Assembly (NCBI RefSeq): GCF_009914755.1
Contig: NC_060926.1
Length of the DNA: 64,000 nt
From: the human T2T-CHM13v2.0 reference genome, Homo sapiens
Direction: 5' to 3' (one strand)
The position numbers and the translations under genes were made by a program. A model generated the notes under the pieces. It had not been told where the DNA came from, did not search any database, and worked only from the letters and a program-made list of their open reading frames with translations. Shown piece after piece: positions 15,861-32,185 of the stretch; position 1 is the first letter of the stretch, and each line of letters begins with the position of its first letter.

Positions 15861-17751
15861 ACTTGCCCAAAGGCAAATGAGATAAATTTTATTTTTGGCT
15901 GGAATGGATCACAAAATCATCATAAAAATGATGAAGCTCAACACTCTTCTTTTAGATAGGTATAATCTGAAACCCAAGAGAGGTCACACAATTTACCCAA
16001 AGGTACCTGTGAGGTATCCAGGACTGAAACCTATACTTCCCAACATTCAACCCAGTGTTCTTGCCAATGCAGTGAACGCTTGCATGAAGACTGCTCCTAT
16101 GCCTCCATTCAGTTCTTAGCCATTACCATTCTATTTTTATGCTTGACATTCGAATCTTGGTTTCATTTACATTGTAGCCCATTATTTAAAGCAGTGCTAA
16201 TTTATTCATGCAGAGATTACAAATCTTTTTTTAATTTATTCAGTGAACTGATTCACTGAATCAATCACTCAAAACAAAACTCAAAAATTCCCTAGTTCTT
16301 GGACATGTTCTGAAATGTAGGACCTTTTAATAAGTGTAGAGCCCCTGTTATGTATATACTAATGGGCTAGTTTAGGAAGATGATGTGAATAAATGTACAA
16401 TACCATATCTTTGATAATTCAGGACAAGACAACAATAAGGAACCATATAATAATGCAAGTCAAAGTGGGATTAGTTGCCAAATGAAATGACGCAATAAAA
16501 ATGTTAATAATAAAGTTCAGAGCAGAAGAGAACAAAATGGACTGTTTAGACATGGTGAACTGGATCTTTCTTGCTGGAAAGGATGGAGATTAAAAAAAAA
16601 TGCAGAAGGAGATGACAGAATGCTCTAAGAAAAGAAATAGTATGAGGAAAGAATTGGAAGTAAAACCTAACATGTTGTTCATAAATATAGTAAGAAAACT
16701 GTCCAGCCTGGAGGAAGAGAGTAGCATCAGGAAACGGTGGGTGACAAAGTTGAGTGGAGAGCATAGGATAGTTAGTGGAGAATTCTGAATGCTGTAGTTT
16801 GCTTTTGCAAATACGAGAGTCAAGAAATGCTTGTCTTTGTCAATTTTTGCAATGATTTTCAATTTTTATCCAGCAAAAGCAAAATATCTCATTTTCATTG
16901 ATAAATTTCAGAACAGCTCTTTGTTTTGGCAAAATTATACACAGAGACACAAAATGATCCACTATTAAAAGAACGCCAAAAATAAAACTATGCACTATAT
17001 ATATTTTGTCTAAGTGCCAATAGAATTGAGAAATGAAGAGTGGGGATAATGTATACTGTATCTTTAGGGATGCTCTTCTGAGATAGCTCAACTCATGTTT
17101 CCTCAATTCATGCAATCAACAAGTCTGGAATCCTACTCTGTACCAAGTGTTCTGCTAAAAGGAGGGATTGTTAGGGCTGGGAACAATTACCTGCAGAAAT
17201 TGAGGAATAAGAGTGGACCTGATGGATAAGGTGGCAGGGAGGGGGGCATTCCAAATAAAGGGGAGCAGATAGGCCAAGGAAAAGCTTTGAGGTTAGAATA
17301 ATTAAATGGGCAATGCCAGTATGCAGGGTGCTTGGAGACTATTGGAAAATGAAACTGAAAGTAGGAGGGAGCCAGATGATGAAGGGCCTTATATACCGTG
17401 CTAATTACTTTGAATGTCAAAGCAGTGATCTTTTTTTCTCTTTAAAAATGTTTTAATTGACAAACTTCTATATACTTATGGTTTGTAACATGATATTTTA
17501 ATAGATGTTTTCTTTTTTTATTTTTATTTTTTAATTTTATTATTATTATACTTTAAGTTTTAGGGTACATGTGCACAGTGTGTGCAGGTTAGTTACATAT
17601 GTATACATGTGCCATGCTGGTGTGCTGCACCCATTAACTCGTCATTTAGCATTAGGTATATCTCCTAATGCTATCCCTCCCCCCTCCCCCCACCCCACAA
17701 CAGTCCCCTGTGTGTGATATTCCCCTTCCTGTGTCCATGTGTTCTCATTGT

Positions 17752-21564
<3,813 letters not shown>

Positions 21565-21627
21565 TATGATGTTAGCTGGTTATTTTGCTCGTTAGTTGAT
21601 GCAGTTTCTTCCTAGCCTTGATGGTCT

Positions 21628-22643
21628 TTACAATTTGGTATGATTTTGTAGTGGCTGGTACTGGTTGTTCCTTTCCATATTAGTGCTTCCTTCAGGAGCT
21701 CTTTTAGGGCAGACCTGGTGGTGACAAAATCTCTCAGCATTTGCTTGTCTGTAAAGTATTTTATTTCTCCTTCACTTATGAAGCTTAGTTTGGCTGGATA
21801 TGAAATTCTGGGTTGACAATTCTTTTCTTTAAGAATGTTGAATATTGGCCCCCACTCTCTTCTGGCTTGTAGAGTTTCTGCCGAGAGATCCACTGTTATT
21901 CTGATGGGCTTCCCTTTGTGGTTAACCCGACCTTTCTCTCTGGCTGCCCTTAACATTTTTTCCTTCATTTCAACTTTGGTGAATCTGAAAATTATGTGTC
22001 TTGGAGTTGCTCTTCTCGAGGAGTACCTTTGTGGCATTCTCTGTATTTCCTGAATCTGAATGTTGGCCTGCCTTGCTTGATTGGGGAAGTTCTCCTGGAT
22101 AATATCCTGCAGAGTGTTTTCCAACTTGGTTCCATTCTCCCCGTCACTTTCAGGTACACCAATCAGATGTAGATTTGGTCTTTTCACATAGTCCCATATT
22201 TCTTGGAGGCTTTGTTCATTTCTTTTTATTCTTTTTTCTCTAAACTTCCCTTCTCGCTTCATTTCATTCATTTCATCTTCCATCACTGATACCCTTTCTT
22301 CCAGTTGATCGCATCGGCTCCTGAGGCTTCTGCATTCTTCATGTTGTTCTCGAGCCTTGGCTTTCAGCTCCATCAGCTCCTTTAAGGACTTCTCTCCATT
22401 GGTTATTCTAGGTATCCATTCATCTAATTTTTTTTCAAAGTTTTTAACTTCTTTGCCATTGGTTTGAATTTCCTCCTGTAGCTTGGAGTAGTTTGATCGT
22501 CTGAAGTCTTCTTCTCTCAACTCGTCAAAGTCATTCTCCATCCAGCTTTGTTCCATTGCTGGTGAGGAACTACGTTCTTTTGGAGGAGGAGAGGTGCTCT
22601 ACTTTTTAGAGTTTCCAGTTGTTCTGCTCTGTTTTTTCCCCAT
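21628..22643 (-). pseudogene. L1 ORF1p, disrupted
   Basis: ATG at 22643; TAG at codon 15 (22601-22599); C-terminal frameshift (ALIWKG...); ORF track 21612..22556 is ORF1p sequence. Confidence 0.93.
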
Positions 22644-23219
22644 CTTTGTGGTTTTATCTACTTTTGGTCTTTGGTGATGGTGATATACAGATGGGTTTTT
22701 GGTGTTGATGTCCTTTCTGCTTGTTAGTTTTCCTTCTAACAGACAGGACCCTCAGCTGCAGGTCTGTTGGAATTTGCTAGAGGTCCACTCCAGACCCTGT
22801 TTGCCTGGGTATCAGCAGCAGTGGCTGCAGAGCAGTGGATTTTCATGAACCGCGAATGCTGCTGTCTGATTGTTCCTCTGGAAGTTTTGTCTCAGAGGAG
22901 TACCCGGCTGTTTGAGGTGTCAGTCTGCCCCTACTGGGGTGTGCCTCCCAGTTAGGCTGCTCAGGGGTCAGGGACCCACTTGAGGAGGCAGTCTGCCTGT
23001 TCTCAGATCTCCAGCTGCCTGCTGGGAGAACCACTGCTCTCTTCAAAGCTGTCAGACAGTGTCATTTAAGTCTGCAGAGGTTACTGCTGTCTTTTTGTTT
23101 GTCTGTGCCCTGCCCCCAGAGGTGGAGCCTACAGAGGCAGGCAGGCCTCCTTGAGCTGTGGTGGGCTCCACCCAGTTCGAGCTTCCCGGCTGCTTTGTTT
23201 ACCTAAGCAAGCCTGGGCA

Positions 23220-23483
23220 ATGGTGGGCGCCCCTCCCCCAGCCTGGCTGCCACCTTGCAGTTTGATCTCAGACTGCTGTGCTAGCAATCAGGGAGACTCC
23301 GTGGGCGTAGGACCCTTTGGGCCATGTGCGGGATATAATCTCCTGGTGCGCCATTGTTTAAGCCCATCGGAAAAGCACAGTATTAGGGTGGGAGTGACCC
23401 GATTTTCCAGGTGCCGTCTGTCACCCCTTTCTTTGACTAGGAAAGGGAACTCCCTGACCCCTTTTGCTTCCCGAGTGAGGTAA
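23220..23483 (+). CDS. L1 antisense ORF0-like open frame (87 aa; translation unproven)
   Basis: MVGAPPPAWLPPCSLISDCCASNQGDSVGVGP...IRVGVTRFSRC resembles primate L1 ORF0. Confidence 0.5.
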   Translation: MVGAPPPAWLPPCSLISDCCASNQGDSVGVGPFGPCAGYNLLVRHCLSPSEKHSIRVGVTRFSRCRLSPLSLTRKGNSLTPFASRVR

Positions 23484-24574
23484 TGCCTCGCCCTGCTTCG
23501 GCTTGCGCATGGTGCGCTGCACTCACTGTCCTGTGCCCACTGTCTGGCACTCCCTAGTGAGATGAACCCAGTACCTCAGATGGAAATGCAGAAATCACCC
23601 GTCTTCTGCATCACTCACGCTGGGATCTGTAGACCGGAGCTCTTCCTATTCGGCCATCTTGGCTGCCCTTTAATAGATGTTTTCATTGTGGAATGGATAA
23701 AGTGAATTATCATATGTATTACCTCACATAGTTTTATTTGTAATGAGAACATTTAAAGTTTACTGTTTTAGTAATTTTCAAGAATATAATATATTTTATT
23801 AATTATACCTACCCTAATATACAATTGATATCTTAAACTTATTCCTACTGTCTAACTGAAATTTTGTATTCCTTGACCAACATCTCCTCAACCATTCCCT
23901 TTCCGTAGCCTCTGGGAATCACCATTCTACTGTACGTTATAAGTTTGACCTTTTTTAGACTCCACTTATAAATGAGATTATGTAGTATTTATCTTTCTGT
24001 GTCGGACTTATTTTACTTAAAATAATGTTCCCCAGGTTTATCCATGTTTTTGCAAATGACAGAATTTCCTTATTTTTAAGGCTGAATAGTATTCCTTTGC
24101 ATATGTATATATATACATATATATATATGCAAAAAACAAATATGTATATGTATTCGTTTATTTGTTGGTGGACACTTACGTTAATTCTGTATCTCGTACA
24201 TTGTAAATAATGCTGAAATGAACATAGAGGTACAGATATCTCTTCAACATATTGATTCCAATTCTTTTGACTACATACTGAGAAGTGGAATTGCTGGGTC
24301 CTATGGTAGTTCTGCTTTTAATTTTTAGAGAAAATTCCATATTGTTTTCTGCAATGGCTGTAGTAATTCACATTTCCATCAACAGTGTGTAATGGCTCCC
24401 TTTTGTCCACATTCTTGCCAACACTTATTATCTTTCATTTTTTTTTTTTTAACAAATGCTGTTCTAACAGGTGAGAAGTGATATCCCATTGTGGTTTTCA
24501 TTTGCATTTACCCAGTGACTAGTGATATTGAGCATTTTTTTTTCATGTAACTGTTGGCTATTCATTTGCATGCT

Positions 24575-25405
24575 TTCTTTTTTTTTTTTTTTTTTTTTTC
24601 AGCTCTTATTGTAGGTCCGGGAGTTACAAGTGCAGGTTTGTTACATGAATAAATAGTGTCGCTGAGGCTTAACCCTGTCACCAAGGTAGTGAGCATAGTG
24701 CCCGGTAGGCAGGCAGACTTCCAAGCCATCCCCCTTTCTCCCCTCCCACCTCTATTGTGCCCATCTTTGTGTCCATGTGTATTTAATATTCAGCTCCTAC
24801 TTATAAGTGAGAACATGTGGTATTTAGTTTTCTTTTCCTGCATTAGTTCACTTAGGATAATGGCCTCCAGCTGCATCCATGTTGCGCAAAGGACATGATT
24901 TCATTCTTTTTTATGGCTGAGTAGGATTCTATGGTGTATGTGTACCACATTTTCTTTATCGAGTCCATCGGTGGGCATTGATGGGCATCTTGGTTGATTT
25001 CATATTTTTACTATTATGAATAGCACTGAAGTGAACATAGGAGTACATGTGTCTTTTGGGTAGCATGATCTATTTTCCTCTGAGTATATATCCAATAGAG
25101 GGATTGCTGGGTTGAATGGTAGTTCTGTGTTCCATTCTTTGGGAAATCTCCATACTGCTTTCCACAGTGGCCAAGCTAATTTATATTCCTACCAGCAATA
25201 TATAAATGTTCCCTTTTCTCTGCAACCTTGCCAGCGTCTGTTATTTTTCAACTTTTTAATAATAGCCATTCTGATTGGTGTGACATAGTATCTCATGGTG
25301 CTTTTGATTTGCATTTCTTTAATGATTAGTGATGATTAGCATTTTTTCATCTTTTTATTGGTTGTGTGAATGTCTCCTTTTGAGAAGTGCCTGTTCATGA
25401 GCTTT
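24575..25405 (-). mobile_element. 5'-truncated older primate L1 (L1PA13-17/L1PB-type 3' end)
   Basis: Long poly-T followed by L1P 3' UTR and ORF2-end sequence (tgcaggtttgttacatg...ccacttataagtgagaacatg-like). Confidence 0.75.
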
Positions 25406-28400
25406 GTAGGGCGGTGATTTCTAGACACATTCCATGGTGTTCTGGAAGTTCCCTTATTAAGGGAGCAGTGTGTAGTGTTATGGGGAACAGTGCAGGTTGT
25501 GGAGAAATAGAAGAGGCTTCAGACACTCTCCCATTGCTCAACCAATGCTTAATATAAGAATTTTTATTTGCTTATGCTCTTACGTAAGTATGTAAACAAA
25601 AGTTTTCAGGGCCAAAATGATTATAAACCACTGGAAGAAAAAGGAAGCTGTAAGATTTTGAAAAAGACAAAATCAGGTGCAATTTGAGGAAACTACTCTG
25701 AATTCCAGAATAGAGTATTAGTCTCCAATCTGAAGTGGCTGTTCCCCAAAGTATATTGGATTGAATGGGTTGTTGTCAACTGGCACCATCAGCTCCAGTA
25801 TCTTCTGAGGCTGGGAAATACATTTCTTGGAATTGCCTTCTTAGTAGAGTAATGTTTTAGAGTTTTCTGAGGAGAGGAACTTGGGGAAATTTAGAAGGTA
25901 GAGGTGAAGCAAAAAGCATCATATGCAGAAGGTCCTGGGGTGCCCAGGGATGGTCCCGCACAGCAGTTTTCTGAGAATTCTGTAGGAGCTCCCACTTCAC
26001 TGTCCTTATTTGTGGTCAGTTCTACTGCTTCTGAGACTTACCTGCAAACTCCAACTCAGCATTTCTACTTCAAGCTGAAGCTGTGTTTCTCTAGTCCTGA
26101 CTCTCCCCTTCTAGACCCACCTGTGCTTCCTAGCTTCTCAGGTAAGCTGTAATTCTTCAATGACTCCTCCAATGCTTGTAGCATCCTTTATCTTGACAGT
26201 ACACAGGATGATACATGTATGTGTCAAATAATTCATTGAATGGGGAAGATCATCTTAGAACTTCTATTTACGTTTATCTTTTAATCTGTCCATTTAAACA
26301 TTTTTAATGTGTATAAACATCTTATTATATATATATAATAGCAAAAAAATGTGCATACTTATAAAGAAATCAATGTGCAGGTATGGAGGTGTGTGCTCAA
26401 TGTTTTCACTCACAGGGGTGTGAAGTTTTAAAAGTTTGGAGAATAGTGGTAGAAAAATGACCTTGGGAGGGAGGACAAAACTGAAGACAAAACATTCCAT
26501 CCGTAGGCTATTACAGAAGTAGTACTGGAGAGAATTTATGAGCATCTGAAGTAAGGCAGTGGCAGGGGCAGTCCTGATGAAAGTGGTATTTAGGATGTTA
26601 AATAATAGGAAGCAGCAACTGATAGATCACCTTTTGAGGAGTCAAAGAGAAGGACACTTTACACAGCTTCTATGCTTGCAGTTTAGCTGCTCCCATTCAC
26701 AGTGCAAAGGCTGCTGAGTTTTTTATTTGTTCTTCCCAGGTCAACAATTTAGAAAAGCAGCCAGTCCACCAAAACCAAGTAAGGTTTATCTCAGGAACGT
26801 GAGGGATGATATGAGAAAAACACTCTCTCAAATCTATCTTATAAGAACCTTAAAAGAAAATGATTCTAGGAGCAAAAGCTAATTTTCTACCCAAATTTTG
26901 TCTTGGCTTTTAAGTTGGCTTGGCCCAGAAATGGCTTACATCACCACCACCACTTTTTTTTCCTCACACTCTTTCTGCTCCTATCAGTCGAATGTAGACA
27001 ACAATAAGGACTTAGGAGTTAATACGGATACAAGGTGGAAGGAGTCTGGGTCCCCGAATTACCTTCTGGAGGAGAGCCACCTGCCTTTCTGTAATATGAC
27101 TAAGAAGTAAGACTTCCATTCTGTTGGACGCCAAAATATATATCAGTGTAAGCCAATATAGCTGTGTAGTCTACCTTAAATATGACAGGGATTATTATAA
27201 TAGGAGCCCCAAAGTATGCAATAATAGTAAATAATCATTGCTGATACAAACTTGTGGAAAACAGTTACTTTCTTAACAAGAGGTCCATGGACTTCCAGGG
27301 GGTCCATGAACAGAATAAAATTTGGTTGGAAAGAAAATTACATTTTTATTTTGGCATTCCTTTCCATTATGAACACAGGCAACAAATCAAGTGTTATTGG
27401 CAGTTCTTGTGACTTGTCACCAATAGAAAACACAGATTTTTCCCCATCATATTACAGCTGTTGCAGATATCTCATAAGGTCATTTCTCCTTATCACTAAT
27501 TCAAAATTATAGCAGCATTAGACTGCTGTTCAATTTTGTAATTTAATGCATTAATAAAAAGTATATATGTCACAAACTTTAAAAATGTTTTGACAAATGT
27601 GTTTCAAAATAATTGAGTTTTTAGTAACTATATATATTTTATGCATTTAAAAACATAATTCTGAAAAGGGGCCCATGGCATAAAAAAGGCTAAGGGCCCC
27701 TGAAAGATATTTTTTCAATGTAGCAAAGAATAGCTAATGTAAACAAGAGTTGCTGCTTCCAAATTTTATATTTCTAGTTTGAATAATAACTAAGATGTAA
27801 TAAAGAAACAGAATTATAACAGTTAAAAAACTCATAGTATTTCTTAAGTGCCAGAATAATATTAAATAATTTGTAATAATATAATATGATAAAATAACAA
27901 AAATTAAAAAAAACCTGTGCATATCTGTGTATGTTTGGACATATGCACATACATGTTTGTAACCTTTTTTATTGAGGGCAACCATAGCCATTATACCCAT
28001 TAAGACTTCTTTTGGGATGTTTCTTTCTAATTCATTCGTACAATCACTTTATAAATAGTAGAATTCAAGTTAAAGTATTTACAATATTCTTGAGCTTCAC
28101 CAAACCATATAAGCAGGTGTTAATAGCCACTTTATTCAGGAATCATGCTGGGGATTGCAATACTAAAATTTTTAATTTCGTCTAAATTTTATTAGCCTAA
28201 AAATATACTAGTGCACTTTTTCTAAATCCAGAATTCAAAGGCTTCTTGAACTTTTAGTTTTCAAACGTAGGAGAACATACTCTGAGCCACCTGCCATATA
28301 AAGACTTGTATTATCAAGCCTTTTCATTTATGACTGTGGGATACCTAAAAAAATCATTTATCAAAATCACTTTAAATCATGTTCCAATCACTTCCTTATA

Positions 28401-30169
28401 ATCAACAGGCCCACCCTTCAATAAAATATCCAAAAGCCATTTCCAAAAGTGAGAAGCTTGACCAGTGATTTTCATGAAGCAGTAGGGCATGAAAGATTGG
28501 AACTTTCATATGAAAAAGACTTGAGTTTGGATTCCTAGTCCATTACTTAGAAATGTTGTGAGCTTAAATAATTTACTTATTTTTTTCTGAGTTTCGATTT
28601 CCTCCTCAGGAACTGGAGATACTATCACTTATCCCATACTGTTTTTATGACTATTAAATGAGATACAGTACTTCTGTAAATTTTAACAGTAAATGCATGT
28701 GAAAAAATGGTTAATTTCCAATCTCCTACTGACCGTAAATGGAATCATGACAATAGATGTGAACAGTTTGACTTTTGCGAAGACCTAGCAAAATCTCTAT
28801 GGAGGGAACTATTTTGCACTAATGTAGGACTTTTAAAAACTTGGCTTTTTAAACACACAGTATCTGTCACTACAAATACTGATATTTTGAAGACCTGTGT
28901 TCTCTCACAGTGTATGTATATAAGTTTTTAAACTATTGAGGTGGAATTCTGTTGGATACAGTGTTTGCATGTTGAGTTTTGAGGTACTGCACACTTCGCC
29001 AACAGGAAACCATTTCAAATGCCAATAAAAACTTTCCAAAAAAAAACATCTCTGGGCATGTAATGGCTGATTAAGTCTAAAGCAGTGAATTCTGTGATTA
29101 CTTAACACACTATCTGTGTATGTACAGCTAGTAGGAGTGCTCCATTTATTTGTTTTGGATGTGATGAATTGTTTGTGATGGTATTACTTTTCCAAAGTTG
29201 TGGTGAGATTAAATACTAAAGTGTTCTGCCAAATACATGTCCTCTTGAAGATGTTTGTATTATAATTTTAGGAAAATATATTTGGGGGTAATTTTTACTG
29301 TTTAGTTGTCCACAAAATTTGTACACATTCAGAGGTCAGATAATAAGAACAGCTAAAATTTACTGACCTCTTCCACAGGAATAGTAAGAAATGGCTTGCA
29401 TATGTCATCCCTCCTAAGCCTTAAATCTTCTCATGAGATGGGTATTAACAGAAGTGGAACTTGCCCAAGGTCAGAAAACTTGTAAATAGCACAACTGAGA
29501 TCCAGACTCAGGAGTTTTTTTCCAAACCCCAGTCTCTTAACCACGATGCTGTACAGTCCTTTGATTTTGGATGAGTATCTGGATAACTGAACTAGTCATG
29601 ATATTTCATGCATGTTGTAATGTTGAGAAATTTCAGAATCCTAAAACAGTTGTTAAAGGTTGGAACATAAGAATGAGCCTGAAAATATTATAAGCGACTT
29701 GATTTCCTAGAACCAAATGGAAATTAAAATAGTACATGATCACGTAGCAAATTATTAGCATACATCAGAGAACAAAAGATAAGCAGAGCATAACTGCTGA
29801 GAGGTATGATGACAAAGCCTGTCAAAACTCTTTCCAATGGGTCTGAAAATCTTTATTGTTTTGATCCCACCCCTACCACACCCTCTCTCCTGAGCTGTGG
29901 AAGATCGGTGGGTTAAATTCTATCATCAAATGCAATAATGGAGTTTCAAATATTCAAGTTGAGTGAGGTATGCTTGTCATTCAACTTTACATCCTCTATC
30001 CTGACTACTCTCTGAATTCTAGGTTCCCAACTCTAAGTATATGCAGATATTCACCACCATTTTAACTTTACCACATAAATGTAAGAGGGCTATATGCTGC
30101 AAACTAGTACTTGGTAGTGAGACCACCAGGCTAGGCATTAGGGTCCAAGGCCCAATTGCTTGTGTTCCA

Positions 30170-30360
30170 GTCCTGGCTCTGCCATTCAATATCCATGCGA
30201 CTTTAAACTCATCACCTGGCCTCTCTCTGCTTCAGGTTTCTGATCCATGAAATGGGAATAATAATACTTATTTCATGGGGTTGTTATGAAGATTATATGC
30301 ATTATGTATAAAGCACTTAGCTAAGTGCTGGGCACAGTAAGCACGATGAAAATGTTGGCT
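30170..30360 (+). mobile_element. MIR
   Basis: MIR core sequence (aaatgggaataataatactta...gttgttatgaagatta...aaagcacttag). Confidence 0.7.
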
Positions 30361-31123
30361 TGTTACTATTATTACCAGTGCTATTATTATTATTATTCTT
30401 TTAGTCATCCATGTTGAAAACTGCAGTCTTTTGTTTGGATTGCTGGAAGTGGGATTGGACAGCAAGACCTAGGGAGCAGTCAGTTCCTGCTTTAATTTCT
30501 ACTTTGGAATATTTATTTCATTCTTACGGCCACCACCCTAATTTAGGCCTCTATTACCTTTGAGTTACCCCATTACAACAGTAGTCTTTTTGTTGCCAGT
30601 TACTTTTTGCCTACAGTTTATATCCTATACCACCAGGAGATCTATCTTTCCAAAAGTTGATTTAATCGAATTATTCTTCTGCTTGAAAACCTTCAATGTT
30701 TAATGCTATAGCATATCGGTGAATTCCTTATTCTGGAACTAAAAATTCCTTCAATCTAGCCCCAAGGTGTCTTTCTAGCCTCATTTCCCAAGTCCTTGCA
30801 GTCAAGGAAACTCTAGGTAAACCAGTCCACTCTCTTGTGTTAGTCTCATGTTTTAGCTCCTGGAATATCCTCTGCTCACTATTCAAATCCCGCCTGCCTT
30901 TCAAGGGCCAGCTGAGATTTCCTCTCCTCCAAGAGTCTCTAGACATGCCATAAGCTCTACGACTTGGAGCAGACATGAAGTATGTCAGCATCAAACGTCA
31001 AACTTTACTAATTCAGAGTGGACGTATATTGGATATGATTAAGTAAAAAGCAAAGGAAAGGTGTAGAGTTTGAGAAAACCTCTGTGAATCATAAAATTTT
31101 AAATGATTTAATTATTTTTATAC

Positions 31124-32185
31124 CGTGTTAGTCCGTTTGGGCTGGTTTGACAGAATACCACAAACTGGGTAATTTATAGTTAGAGGTAAACTTGAACAAT
31201 TTGGGTTTGAACTGCCCGGGTCCACTCATATTCAGATTTCCTTCTGCCTCTGCCACCCCTGAGACAGCAAGAACAATCCCTCCTCTACCTCCTCCTCCTC
31301 AGCCTTCTCAACATGAAGACAATGAGGATGAAGACCTTCATGAGGAGCCCCTTCCACTTAATAAAGAGTAAATATATTTTCTCTTCTTCATGATTTTTTT
31401 TTTAACATTTTCTTTTCTCTAGTTTATTTCCCAGCACTTTGGGAGGCCTAGGCGGCGGATCACGAGGTCAGGAGATCGAGACTATCCTGGCTAACATGGT
31501 GAAACCCCGTCTCTACTAAAAATACAAAAAGTAGCCGGGCGTGGTGGCAAGTGCCTGTAGTCCGAGCTCCTCAGGAGGCTGAGGCAGGAGAATGGCGTGA
31601 ACCCAGGAGGCTGAGGCAGGAGAATGGCGTGAACCCAGGAGGCGGAGCTTGCAGTGAGCTGAGATCGCGCCACTGCACTCCAGCCCAAGGAAAAAAAAAA
31701 TTCAGAATGTAATACATTTAACATACAAAATATGTTAACTACTCATGTTGCCAACAAGGCTTCCAGTCAACAGTAGGCTGTCAGTAGTTCAGTTTCTGGG
31801 GAGTCAAAAGTTATATGTGGATTTTTGACTCAGCCTGGGGTTGGGGTGGTCGGCACCCCTAATCCCCCTCTTGAACTGTAATAGAAATTTCTCACTGTTC
31901 AGGGTGCTGGCAGATGGGGTGTGTGGTAAGGGCTCTTTCTCTGCTTCCAAGATGGTGCTTTGTTGCTGCACCGTCTGCAGGGATGAACAGTGTCCTCACA
32001 TGGCAAAGGGAGGGAAGGGTAGAAGGGTCAAGGCGCTCTCTGAAAAGGGCATTAATCCCATTCACAAGGCAGAGTCCTCATAACTTAATCACTCTCCCAA
32101 AGGCTCCACCTCTTAATATTACCAACTTGGTGTTTGAGTTCCCACCTATGAATTTTGGAGGGACAGGTACATTAAAACCATACAG
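31124..32185. mobile_element. Nested stack: MLT1A-type LTR > Tigger2a-type transposon (~31180-31878) > AluY (31429-31700)
   Basis: MLT1 ends (gtgttagtccgtttgggctg ... aaaccatacag); Tigger2a-like body (cttgaacaa...cctgagacagcaag...gagtcaaaagttata); AluY body. Confidence 0.75.
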
